From Candidatus Micrarchaeia archaeon (lineage in GTDB: Archaea; Micrarchaeota; Micrarchaeia; CAILAH01), in NCBI GenBank assembly GCA_038874595.1, contig JAVZCB010000002.1:64001-128000 (forward strand): a stretch of 64,000 nt of DNA, in the 5' to 3' direction. Position 1 is the first letter of the stretch. Every line of letters starts with the position of its first letter. Shown piece after piece: positions 1 through 9,489 of this stretch. Under the pieces are notes generated by a model. It was given only the letters and a program-made list of their open reading frames with translations. It did not search any database and was not told where the DNA came from. Made by a program: the position numbers and the translations under genes.

Positions 1-2
1 TA

Positions 3-746
3 CCTGAAATACAATTTGATGGGTTCTCTTTTCTCGCTTACAACCAGATCAATGCGCACATGGCAAGGATGAGGAACAGGACACGCGGCAGGTATCCAAT
101 GCCAATAATCCTCAGGCTACCGTACGGTGGTGGGGTACGGGCACTTGAGCTCCACTCTGAGCCTATTGAAGGGATGTTTGCAAACATACCTGGAATCACA
201 ATTGTTATGCCTTCCGGCCCGTACGAGGCAAAGGGGCTGCTTGCAGCTGCTGCTGAACTTAACGACCCTGTGCTGTTCCTGGAGCATAAGCGTCTTTACA
301 GGGCATTTAAGGAGGAGGTCCCTGAGAAGAGATACACGCTGCCGATAGGCAAATGCAAGATTGTACGGGAGGGTAGTGATGTTACCATAGTTGCATGGGG
401 TGCAATGGTCAAGATTGCCGAGAATACTGCAAAGGAGCTCAGCAATGAAGGGATAAGCTGTGAAATTATAGATGTGCGGACAATCAAGCCGCTTGATGAT
501 AAGATGATTATTGATTCTGTGAGAAAGACGGGAAGGCTCGTGATTGTGCAGGAAGCAATGCGCAGCTTCAGTGCAGCTTCGGAGATATCTGCACGTGTAG
601 CTGAAAAGGCGATTATGAGCTTGCGTGCACCTGTTGTAAGAGTTACTGGGTACGATGTGCCCGTGCCTCTGCCAAAGCTTGAGGAGTTCTTCCTGCCAAA
701 TGAGAGAAAAGTAAAAAGTGCTGTGCTTGATGTAATGAGGTATTAG
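3..746 (+). CDS. pdhB: 2-oxoacid (pyruvate/branched-chain) dehydrogenase E1 beta subunit, 5'-truncated by window edge
   Basis: Frame is open from base 3 (PEIQFDGFS...). Motifs ELHSE, DPVLFLEHKRLY, EIIDVRTIKPLD, VVRVTGYDVP are typical of E1-beta. Confidence 0.93.
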   Translation, partial: PEIQFDGFSFLAYNQINAHMARMRNRTRGRYPMPIILRLPYGGGVRALELHSEPIEGMFANIPGITIVMPSGPYEAKGLLAAAAELNDPVLFLEHKRLYRAFKEEVPEKRYTLPIGKCKIVREGSDVTIVAWGAMVKIAENTAKELSNEGISCEIIDVRTIKPLDDKMIIDSVRKTGRLVIVQEAMRSFSAASEISARVAEKAIMSLRAPVVRVTGYDVPVPLPKLEEFFLPNERKVKSAVLDVMRY

Positions 747-759
747 TGAGGGTAGTAAG

Positions 760-1314
760 GTGCTTATGATGAAACGGGTTGCCAGAAACAGCAGAGGAAT
801 TGCCATTGTGCAAAAGCGTGATGGTAATATCAAGCAGTCTTACAGGACAGGGCTTGGTTTCGGTACGGTATCCGGTGTCATAACAACGCTCGGCCTTATA
901 ATGGGGCTGGATGCGGGGACACATTCCACGGCAGCTGTGCTTGGTGGGATTATAACGATTGCAATCGCGGATGCGCTTTCTGATGCGCTTGGCATACATG
1001 TATCTGAGGAATCAAGCAAAGATACAACTGAAAGGAGTGTTTGGGAATCAACACTTGCAACGTTTGCAACTAAACTTATAATTGCACTCACGTTTGCCGT
1101 GCCGGTGCTGTTGCTCCCGTTGGATACGGCAGTGATTGCATCGGTAGCTTGGGGCATGCTTCTGCTTGGTGCGCTCAGCGTGTACATCGCAAGACTGAAA
1201 AAGGAAAATGCATACAATGTGCTTGCAGAGCATTGGGGGATTGCCGTGCTTGTGCTGCTCGTTACGTACCTTGTTGGCACGTATGTTGTAAGCCCCATGG
1301 TTGGTGCGGCTTAG
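760..1314 (+). CDS. VIT1/CCC1 family membrane protein (Fe/Mn transporter-like)
   Basis: FGTVSGVITTLGL...IAIADALSDALGIHVSEES motif; about 5 TM helices. Start codon uncertain. Confidence 0.75.
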   Translation: MLMMKRVARNSRGIAIVQKRDGNIKQSYRTGLGFGTVSGVITTLGLIMGLDAGTHSTAAVLGGIITIAIADALSDALGIHVSEESSKDTTERSVWESTLATFATKLIIALTFAVPVLLLPLDTAVIASVAWGMLLLGALSVYIARLKKENAYNVLAEHWGIAVLVLLVTYLVGTYVVSPMVGAA

Positions 1315-1323
1315 AAGAGGTGT

Positions 1324-2763
1324 ATGAAAATGGTGTTTGAATTTAGGCTTCCGGACCTCGGTGAAGGCATGGAAGAGGCCACGATAATAAAATGGCTTGT
1401 TAAACCTGGGGACATTGTCAAAAAGGACCAGAAAGTGGCGGAGGTAGAAACGGATAAGGCGGTGGTTGAGCTGCCTTCACCTTTTGAGGGAAAGGTGCTA
1501 GAGCTAAAATTCAGGCCTGGTGATACTGTTAAGGTTGGCAGTGTATTGTTAACGATAGGCCCTACAACTGCAAAGCTTGAGGTTGAAATGAAAGAGGATA
1601 ATGAAAAAGCAAATGCTGTTGAAGCACCGCGTGAAGTTCTTGCAACGCCACGTATCAGGGCACTTGCAAGAGAGCTTGGTGTAGATATCGCGCTTGTAAA
1701 GGGAAGTGGTGTGCACGGTGAAATCACGGAGGAGGATGTAAGAACAGCTGCGGCAAAGAAAAGGCCTATCCTGCGCGAGTTGGACCGTAATGAAAAGATG
1801 CGTATTGTTGAGAGGGTGCATGAGCACCCGCCGGCCGTTCAGGCAGTACCGCGTGCGCGCGACCTCGCAAAAAAGATGGGGATAGACTTGTCAAAGGTTG
1901 CAGGGACCGGGCCTGGCGGGGTAATACTTGAGCGTGATGTACAAAGCGCTGCTGAGAGGTTGGAGAGCATTGTCAAGGTTGATAAAATCAAGAAGGATGA
2001 GAAGGTTTCATCAATAGATGAGAAAATCACACATCCGCTTAAAGGTGAGCTGGCCAAATATGTGGAGGTGCGCATACCTATCAAAGGTGTAAGAAAGGCG
2101 ATCATGGCACGGTTGGGAAAATCAAACTGTGTTGCTGTGCAGGCCACTGCCATTGAAGATGCTGATGTGACTTCACTTGTGGAGATACGCGAGCGCGAGA
2201 AGATAAATGCTGCAAAGGATGGGATACATCTTACCTACCTGCCATTTGTGATAAAGGCCGCTGTGATTGCGCTTAAGAGGCATCCGTGGCTAAATTCAAC
2301 AATAGATGAGCACACAAACGAGTTTGTGATTAAGAAATACTACAACATTGGTATTGCTGTTGATACTGAGGATGGGTTAATAGTGCCTGTGGTGAAAGAT
2401 GTTGACCTAAAGAGCATTATGGATATTGCACGCGAAATAATGGTTCTTTCAGAAAAGGCACGAAAGAGGGAACTCTCGCCGGATGAGATTAGCGGCGGGA
2501 CTTTTACAATATCAAACTGGGGGTCGATAGGTGCAACGTATGGCGTGCCGGTGCTAAATTATCCTGAGTGTGCTATCCTGGGTGTGGGAAAAATACAAAA
2601 GAAGCCTGTTGTGGTAGGAAACAGTATTGTGATAAGGGATATTCTACCTCTATCGCTCACGTTCGACCACCGGATAACTGATGGCGCGGAGGCGGCAAGG
2701 TTCCTGCTCGAAGTGAAAAAGCACCTAGAGGACCCTGGCAAGCTGCTGGTTGATATAGTATAA
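1324..2763 (+). CDS. pdhC: Dihydrolipoamide acyltransferase E2
   Basis: Lipoyl domain (LPDLGEGM...VETDKA), two peripheral-subunit-binding repeats, catalytic FDHRITDG. Confidence 0.95.
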   Translation: MKMVFEFRLPDLGEGMEEATIIKWLVKPGDIVKKDQKVAEVETDKAVVELPSPFEGKVLELKFRPGDTVKVGSVLLTIGPTTAKLEVEMKEDNEKANAVEAPREVLATPRIRALARELGVDIALVKGSGVHGEITEEDVRTAAAKKRPILRELDRNEKMRIVERVHEHPPAVQAVPRARDLAKKMGIDLSKVAGTGPGGVILERDVQSAAERLESIVKVDKIKKDEKVSSIDEKITHPLKGELAKYVEVRIPIKGVRKAIMARLGKSNCVAVQATAIEDADVTSLVEIREREKINAAKDGIHLTYLPFVIKAAVIALKRHPWLNSTIDEHTNEFVIKKYYNIGIAVDTEDGLIVPVVKDVDLKSIMDIAREIMVLSEKARKRELSPDEISGGTFTISNWGSIGATYGVPVLNYPECAILGVGKIQKKPVVVGNSIVIRDILPLSLTFDHRITDGAEAARFLLEVKKHLEDPGKLLVDIV

Positions 2764-2764
2764 T

Positions 2765-3523
2765 TTAAGATGCCATCTGTGGCATGAAGGACATCCATAG
2801 GCCCAGCAGGGATGCCCAAAGTATTAATAGCAGGACTATTACTACCAATATAACAACTAATAGCGGTAGCACGATTATGATGATAGTCTTTAAGCTGCTC
2901 ACTTTATGGACTTCCCTTAGTGCCAAGAACTTCAGGTATATGCTGTAAACCCATACAAACAGTAATACTACCTCAAGAGGAAATAGAAGACAAGCACAAG
3001 CAGTCCCGACCGTCGGGATTGATGTAAGCGCGCTGGATAAGTTAATCAAGATGTATATTGGGAGCATGATGATGAACATGCCCAGATGTGGCATTACGCT
3101 TGCAAAAAGATGCCTGCTGAAATTTGCGGTTCCACCTAATAGCTTTGCAAGAATAAACTCAAAACCAGCATATAACAGACTCAATATGGGTGAAATGAGT
3201 GCTATAACAGAAGATAGTGCAAAGATTACAACAAGCAAGGAAATTAAAGCTATAAATGCCACTGGGTTTACCACATATTGTATAAGCAGTTGTGGCAGGT
3301 AGCTAAAAATTGCAGATATGACCAACCCTAACAGTGCCACCACATAAAGGTCGATGAGTATGCTGGGCACGGTTACATTTTTGGCTTCTGCCACTATTTT
3401 TAAGGGGTTAAGGAAGAAATTTTTCCATAGCTCCGCTTTTTTGTAGGGAATAAAAGATATCAGCAAATCAACTATGCCGAGGTATTTTTTTAGTATATCA
3501 TCAAGCTCATCAAGCTGTGTCAT
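2765..3523 (-). CDS. Yip1-like multi-pass membrane protein
   Basis: FLNP near N-terminus, AKLLGG...F and LREVHKVS pattern, 5 hydrophobic segments. ATG at 3523 has a GGTGA RBS. Confidence 0.65.
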   Translation of the reverse strand: MTQLDELDDILKKYLGIVDLLISFIPYKKAELWKNFFLNPLKIVAEAKNVTVPSILIDLYVVALLGLVISAIFSYLPQLLIQYVVNPVAFIALISLLVVIFALSSVIALISPILSLLYAGFEFILAKLLGGTANFSRHLFASVMPHLGMFIIMLPIYILINLSSALTSIPTVGTACACLLFPLEVVLLFVWVYSIYLKFLALREVHKVSSLKTIIIIVLPLLVVILVVIVLLLILWASLLGLWMSFMPQMAS

Positions 3524-3596
3524 AATATTCACCTGTGGTTATCTGGCTTTACATCTTATTGCTATATTTTATATATGTTTGATGAGAGCTTAAAAC

Positions 3597-5018
3597 ATGG
3601 TTATGGGGGAAATAGGAAAGGAACGCACACTCGTAATTATAGGTGGCGGCCCTGCTGGATATATGGCTGCAATACGTGCAGGCCAGCTTGGCATAGATAC
3701 TATACTCATTGAAAAGGAAGAAATTGGTGGTGAGTGTTTAAACAGGGGTTGCATTCCATCAAAAATGCTGTTGAACGCATCATCACTTGTACGTGATGCT
3801 AGTTATTTAAGGAGGATTGGGATTTCAGCAAAGATTGGGAATATTGATATGAAAAAGGTAAAAGCGGAAAACCTGAGGGTTATCGAAAAGTTAAGGAGAG
3901 GTGTTATGTTTTTATTAAACAGTTATGGCATAGAAATAATCGAAGGTGAGGCCCGTTTTGAGTCCTCTAATCACATACTCGTAAAGAGAACGGATGAAAG
4001 TGTAGAAAGCATAAGGTTCAAGAACGCCATAATTGCCACGGGCTCAATCCCGTATATTCCAAAAGAGGCAAAGCTGGGAAAAAATATTATTACATCACGC
4101 GAGGCACTATTCCTTGACAAGCTCCCAAAGAAAATTGTCATAATTGGGGCAGGATATATTGCGGCTGAGCTTGGGACATTTTTTGCTGAGATGGGATGCA
4201 ATGTTAGCCTGCTTGCACGGTCGAGATTCCTGTCAAGGTTTGACCCGGAACTGGTGTCTGAAGTGCTGAAATCAAAAAGCAATAAGATAAGCATATATGA
4301 TAAAAGCTCTGTGGTTTCAGTAAAAGAGGATGGGAAAGGTGTAGTTGTGGAATTTACGGCAGGTGATAAGGGAAAACTGCAAAAGCTCCGCGCAGATAAG
4401 GTTATAATAGCTATCGGGAGAGCACCTAACACGACCAGTCTTGGGCTGGAAAATACCAATGTAAAAACAGATAAGGATGGATTTATAATGGTAAATGAGA
4501 AACTGCAGACAAGCGACCCAAACATATATGCGGCAGGGGATTGTGTAAAAGGCCCGATGCTTGCACACAAGGCGTTTATGCAAGGGTTTGTTGCAGCTGA
4601 GGCCATCGCAGGAATTAAAAGCAGTGCGTTTGAGCCGCGCTGTATCCCTGAAATAGTGTTCACAAACCCAGAGATTGCAGTTGTGGGGCTTGATGAGGAA
4701 GAGGCAAGAAAAAGAGGATATGACTTAAAGATTGCAAGGTTTCCTTTCTCTGCACTTGGCAGGGCAGTTGCAGTATCCCGTGAGGACGGATTTGTAAAAT
4801 TAATCTGTGACAAGAGCAATAGAGTGCTCGGGGCGGGAATCGTTGGAAAGCATGCATCAGAGCTTGCAGGGGAGATTGGGATTGCAATTGAGATGAACGC
4901 ATACCTTGAGGATATGTTTGCAACCGTACACGCACATCCTACGTTTTATGAATCGATACACGAAGCTGCGGGGATATCTCTTGGCAGGCCGATGCACTAC
5001 CTACCCAAAAGAAAATAA
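3597..5018 (+). CDS. lpdA: Dihydrolipoamide dehydrogenase E3
   Basis: GGGPAG FAD motif, GGECLNRGCIPSK redox disulfide, HAHPTFYE. Confidence 0.95.
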   Translation: MVMGEIGKERTLVIIGGGPAGYMAAIRAGQLGIDTILIEKEEIGGECLNRGCIPSKMLLNASSLVRDASYLRRIGISAKIGNIDMKKVKAENLRVIEKLRRGVMFLLNSYGIEIIEGEARFESSNHILVKRTDESVESIRFKNAIIATGSIPYIPKEAKLGKNIITSREALFLDKLPKKIVIIGAGYIAAELGTFFAEMGCNVSLLARSRFLSRFDPELVSEVLKSKSNKISIYDKSSVVSVKEDGKGVVVEFTAGDKGKLQKLRADKVIIAIGRAPNTTSLGLENTNVKTDKDGFIMVNEKLQTSDPNIYAAGDCVKGPMLAHKAFMQGFVAAEAIAGIKSSAFEPRCIPEIVFTNPEIAVVGLDEEEARKRGYDLKIARFPFSALGRAVAVSREDGFVKLICDKSNRVLGAGIVGKHASELAGEIGIAIEMNAYLEDMFATVHAHPTFYESIHEAAGISLGRPMHYLPKRK

Positions 5019-5091
5019 ACTGCACTTGGTATTATTGGCCTTTTAAAGAGCTTCCAAAACCCTTGGGAAAATTCCGCTTTTGCTGTGCCAG

Positions 5092-5856
5092 TTATCTCCA
5101 GAAATTCCAATCACGTGAGGAATATTTTGATTTCGCGAGCCAGTACGCATCAGCCAGCTCTTCCTGCGTGAACGTGCCAAAGCTGAACTCCTTACCTGCG
5201 CAGAACGCATCAAGTACCGAAGCGTAAAGAGCATCAAAAGAAACTGAATCACCGGTAAGCTCCCTTATGCTTGTTACCCTCTCCTTTGCTGATTGTATCA
5301 TCTTATCACGAATTTTTGTATCTGGCACTTTGAGGCACCTGAACATAGTTTCAGCATCCAGGCCATACAAGATCGTCCCGTGCTGCTGCAGGATTCCGTC
5401 CCTGCGCGTCTGCGCGTTCCCGGATATTTTCCTGCCGCTTGTAACAATATCGTTGATGGGCTTGAACTCTGCATGTATACCAACACCTGCAAGCCCCTCA
5501 ATTATCCAGTTGCATATTATTTTGTAAGATGCTATAATATCTTTGGGAAACATATTCTCTGGTGCTAGCACACTATACGTGAGCTCGCCCTTTGAGTCGT
5601 GATATACTGCACCGCCCCCAGTCCGCCTTCTTACAAAATTTATGCCATTTTGGGTGCAGTAGTTTATATCAACTTCGCGCTCAATCTCCTGGAAATATCC
5701 TATGGATACGGCCGATGGTGACCATGTGTAAAAGCGTATTGTCGGTGGGGAGGCACCTCTTGAAATGGCACGGCATACTGCCTCATCAAGCGCCATGTTC
5801 AGGGCGGCATCATGTTCAGTTAGTTGTATAACCCGCCACTTCGTATCAGGCATCAT
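5092..5856 (-). CDS. lplA: Lipoate-protein ligase A, catalytic subunit
   Basis: NMALDEA, RRRTGGGAVYHD, GRKISGNAQ, QHGTIL motifs. Confidence 0.92.
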   Translation of the reverse strand: MMPDTKWRVIQLTEHDAALNMALDEAVCRAISRGASPPTIRFYTWSPSAVSIGYFQEIEREVDINYCTQNGINFVRRRTGGGAVYHDSKGELTYSVLAPENMFPKDIIASYKIICNWIIEGLAGVGIHAEFKPINDIVTSGRKISGNAQTRRDGILQQHGTILYGLDAETMFRCLKVPDTKIRDKMIQSAKERVTSIRELTGDSVSFDALYASVLDAFCAGKEFSFGTFTQEELADAYWLAKSKYSSRDWNFWR

Positions 5857-6121
5857 CAATCGCCTCACTTATCATATCTGAAATATCTGATGGAGTAAAA
5901 CCAACTATTTCTGCATTGACAGATGAAAAAACCTCTGCAACACCCTCCGCGATGTTATCCTTGTGCAAGCCAACCATCCTGCGCTCAATTTCAATGATTG
6001 CATCTTCAGGATGCATAAAAAAATCCCCTGTTATGCGTATGCTGGCAATCCTGCCTTCCATAAATTGCACATCAACCCTGACAAGCTTGCCGCCTCTTAC
6101 TTTACGCTCTATCTGGACCAT
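5846..6121 (-). CDS. Lipoate-protein ligase accessory (C-terminal domain, LplB-like) subunit
   Basis: KVRGGKLVRV...ITGDFFMHPE motif; overlaps the lplA start. Confidence 0.85.
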   Translation of the reverse strand: MVQIERKVRGGKLVRVDVQFMEGRIASIRITGDFFMHPEDAIIEIERRMVGLHKDNIAEGVAEVFSSVNAEIVGFTPSDISDMISEAIDDA

Positions 6122-6135
6122 ATGCAATCACGATA

Positions 6136-6522
6136 CTATCTTTTGTTTGTTTTATTATGTATCACCTTGCTGCACGCTATGCGGAACGCATCAAGGGAAA
6201 CCTTAACACAACCTACCCTGCCTATTGAAGGCGTAAAGCCAAGCAGGCGTATCATCGTGTTAAAATCGGATTTGCACACGTTGTTTATTTTCTTTCCTAT
6301 TATGTAGTCACAAAGCATATCCGCACTTACAGTTGCAAGTGCACAGCCGTGCCCATCGTGCCTTGCATCCTCTATAATCCCACCATTCCCAACAGAGACA
6401 TATATTGTTATGCTATCGCCGCACGGTGAGTTTGATGCACTGCCAGAAAACGAACCACGTATTTTTCCCTTGTGCTGCGGCTTCTTGTACCTTTCAGCAA
6501 GCGCTTCATAATCAATGTCCAT
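6136..6522 (-). CDS. sufU: SufU/IscU-family Fe-S scaffold or sulfur-transfer protein
   Basis: NSPCGD, GHGCALATVSA and RVGC: three conserved Cys; follows sufS. Confidence 0.85.
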   Translation of the reverse strand: MDIDYEALAERYKKPQHKGKIRGSFSGSASNSPCGDSITIYVSVGNGGIIEDARHDGHGCALATVSADMLCDYIIGKKINNVCKSDFNTMIRLLGFTPSIGRVGCVKVSLDAFRIACSKVIHNKTNKR

Positions 6523-6530
6523 TATAACAC

Positions 6531-7727
6531 CTACGCACCAAACACCCTCTTCACTTTTTCAAGGCCGGCAAACAGCGCATCTATGTCCTCTCTTGTATTA
6601 TAGAAGTAGAGGCTAGCACGTGCAGTATAATCAACACCCAACTGCTTGTGGAGCGGTTGTGCACAGTGATGCCCTGCTCGGATGCAGACGTTCACCTCAT
6701 CAAGAATTGCTGATACGTCATGCGGGTGTACACCCTTAATATTAAATGAAAGTATGCCTACTGCATTTTCAGTGTCCATGCTTGAATATACTTGGATGCC
6801 TTCTGTTTCGCCTGCGCGCTTGAGCATATATGCGAAGAGGCTTTTTTCTGTGCTCTCAATCCTATCAAAACCAACCTTATCCAAGTAATCCAATGCGGCT
6901 GAGAAGCCAATCACGCCTGCAATGTTTGGGGTTCCTGCCTCAAACTTCTGTGGAAGCTCTGCCGGCTCAAACCTCTGCCTATCAGCTTTTCTTATCATGC
7001 TGCCGCCGCCCATGTAGGGAGGGAGAGCGTCAAGGCTCTCTTCCCTGCCTACCAGCACACCCACACCTGTCGGCCCAAGAAGCTTATGTGCAGAAAACAC
7101 GATATAATCAGCTCCCAGCTGTGAGAAGTTAACTTTAAAGTGTGCAGCACTTTGTGCACAGTCCATAATAGTTGTTGCGCCGCACCGTTTAGCCAGCCGT
7201 ATGATTTTTACGGCATCGTTCACGGTGCCAAGCACGTTTGATACGTGCACAAACGAAACAACCTTTGGGCAGTGGGTTTCAATCTTGCTCTTAAGGTCAT
7301 CATAATCAAGGGATGTGCCATCCAGCTCAACATACTCTATGTTTATTCCTATCCTGCTTTTTAGCATAAGCCACGGGATAATGTTGCTGTGGTGCTCCAT
7401 TGCAGTCAGAAGCACCGTATCCCCTTTCTTAAGTGTTGAGCTCCCAAGCGTGGCCGCAAGCAGGTTAATTGATTCAGTAGCGTTTCTTGTGAATATCACT
7501 CCTGCTGGGGTAGCACCAAAAGCCTTGGCGGCTTTCTCGCGGGTACGCTCATACATTTCAGTAGCACGCTCGCTTATCCTGTAAACGCCCCTGTGGACAT
7601 TTGCAGGGTACTCCTTATAATACTCTGCCTCGGCCTCAATCACTTGCACAGGCTTGAGTGATGTTGCCGCATTGTCAAGGTAATGAAGCCTCCCAATTAT
7701 TGGAAAATCATTCCTGTAATCTATCAT
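6531..7727 (-). CDS. sufS: Cysteine desulfurase, group II
   Basis: YLDNAATSLKP, NVHRG, FSAHKLLGPTG, RAGHHCAQP. Confidence 0.95.
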   Translation of the reverse strand: MIDYRNDFPIIGRLHYLDNAATSLKPVQVIEAEAEYYKEYPANVHRGVYRISERATEMYERTREKAAKAFGATPAGVIFTRNATESINLLAATLGSSTLKKGDTVLLTAMEHHSNIIPWLMLKSRIGINIEYVELDGTSLDYDDLKSKIETHCPKVVSFVHVSNVLGTVNDAVKIIRLAKRCGATTIMDCAQSAAHFKVNFSQLGADYIVFSAHKLLGPTGVGVLVGREESLDALPPYMGGGSMIRKADRQRFEPAELPQKFEAGTPNIAGVIGFSAALDYLDKVGFDRIESTEKSLFAYMLKRAGETEGIQVYSSMDTENAVGILSFNIKGVHPHDVSAILDEVNVCIRAGHHCAQPLHKQLGVDYTARASLYFYNTREDIDALFAGLEKVKRVFGA

Positions 7728-7736
7728 AATAACACC

Positions 7737-8603
7737 TCATATTTCACTTTTTACGTGCATGCGCCCTAAAACGGTATCATAAGCAAGTACGTTATCTATT
7801 GTGGATGCCATCTTATTTATCATTTCCAAAACAAGGCCTTCCTCGGCAAGCGCAACTGCATCCTCAGGACTTATGCCCCTGCTGCACATATAATCGAGCT
7901 CCTGCCTGCCTAAATTCATTACAGATATGCCGTGCGATGCCTGGGAATCCCTGCTGTGTATTTTGAGTATCGGAAGTGCCTTTACGCTCGCGCCTGGCGC
8001 AACCATAAACCTGCCTTTCATACTCCCAACAACTTCATTTGTGCTTTTAGGAATGTATATCTCACCAGTGAAATTGCAATGTGACCCTGTGTGCAGCACG
8101 CCCGCGACATCAATTACACTTTGTGAATCCCTGCCAGCGTGCCTGACTGAGATGAATTGCTCTGTGCTTGTTTCTGGCCCAAACGGCCGTACAAGCGTGT
8201 TTGCACACACCTTTGATTTTTCATATGATACAAAAGTGGCCTTGCCTGCAAAATTTCCTTTGTGAGAGAGTATGTTATTTAATGTCAAACTGGAGTGCTC
8301 CTCAGCCGTCATCTTTGCGCCAAGTGTAGTATGTAAATTCTCCCCTTTAAAGTTGAGTGTTGTTGTACAGATTGCACTTTTGCCAATATCTGTGTAAAGG
8401 CAGAGGTTATGCTCTTTCTCGCGCGATTCGCTGATTATTGTGAGTGCTAGCCCTCCTTCATTGTTAACATTAATGTGTACATCACCTGAATAAAGAATAA
8501 CCAGTGTGGCAGATGCACGCACACCTGGCGGTATATCTATTGCTACTGAATGGTCCTTAAACGCGGCATACTGTGCATTCCCTACGAAATATCCCATCCT
8601 CAT
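7737..8603 (-). CDS. sufD: SufD-like Fe-S assembly protein
   Basis: C-terminal LPILKI...ASHG...LDYMCSRGI signature; position in the suf operon; divergent N-terminus. Confidence 0.8.
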   Translation of the reverse strand: MRMGYFVGNAQYAAFKDHSVAIDIPPGVRASATLVILYSGDVHINVNNEGGLALTIISESREKEHNLCLYTDIGKSAICTTTLNFKGENLHTTLGAKMTAEEHSSLTLNNILSHKGNFAGKATFVSYEKSKVCANTLVRPFGPETSTEQFISVRHAGRDSQSVIDVAGVLHTGSHCNFTGEIYIPKSTNEVVGSMKGRFMVAPGASVKALPILKIHSRDSQASHGISVMNLGRQELDYMCSRGISPEDAVALAEEGLVLEMINKMASTIDNVLAYDTVLGRMHVKSEI

Positions 8604-8647
8604 ATTGGTTACCTCCTATCGCCGGTGGCCGGCAGCATCATAACCAT

Positions 8648-9472
8648 CTACCTTGATTGCGCTTTCGGTACAGACCTCTGCGATTTTGCGTTTAAACGCC
8701 GCTTGCTTGCATGTGGTGCATTACTAGCATTTATGATAGAGAACCCTTGCTTTTCAAGGAGTGCTGCAAGCTCGGGGCCTCCCTCTTTTGCAATTTTACC
8801 ACCCGCCATCAGGTAAACGCGTGTCGGTTTTATGAACTTAAGTATGGTTGGGCTATGTGTTATTAGGATTATGCCTGTGCCGGCTTTTGTACATTCAAGT
8901 ATTATGTGTGCAGCACGCTTGGCAGCATCCACATCCAGGCCGGAGTCGACTTCATCAAGCACTGCAAACTTTGGCTTTAACATAAGCATCTGTGCAAGCT
9001 CATTTTTCTTCCGTTCACCACCCGAGAACCCGGAATTGACAGGCCTGCTGTAAAAGCTTGCATCAAGGCCGGAGCGCATAAGCGCATCCTCAAACTTCTT
9101 CTTAAACGTGGCGGCATCATCCCCGCTCCCGTGCGCAAGCAGCGCCTGCCTCATAAAGTTTGAGTTTTTTATGCTCTCAATCTCAGGAGGGTTTTGAAAT
9201 GCTAGAAACAGGCCGGCACGTGCGCGCTTGTGCATTTCAATCCTTGATAGATCTTTTCCTGAAAGTAGTATCTTGCCTGAAACTGCATACTGGGGCATTC
9301 CCATAATGGCGTTTGCAAGCGTTGTCTTCCCGGAACCGTTCTGCCCCATTATCACATGAATTTCACCTGCACGAACTAATATCGAAATGTTGCGCAAGAT
9401 TTCTTTTTTACCTATGGAAACGCATAATCCCCTTATCTCAAGCGCGTCTTTTTTTATGTTTTTATTTACCAT
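8648..9472 (-). CDS. sufC: Fe-S assembly ABC ATPase
   Basis: GQNGSGKTT, FLAFQNPPEI, GFSGGERKK, LDEVDSGLDVD. Confidence 0.95.
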   Translation of the reverse strand: MVNKNIKKDALEIRGLCVSIGKKEILRNISILVRAGEIHVIMGQNGSGKTTLANAIMGMPQYAVSGKILLSGKDLSRIEMHKRARAGLFLAFQNPPEIESIKNSNFMRQALLAHGSGDDAATFKKKFEDALMRSGLDASFYSRPVNSGFSGGERKKNELAQMLMLKPKFAVLDEVDSGLDVDAAKRAAHIILECTKAGTGIILITHSPTILKFIKPTRVYLMAGGKIAKEGGPELAALLEKQGFSIINASNAPHASKRRLNAKSQRSVPKAQSR

Positions 9473-9489
9473 GAGACCACCAATATATT

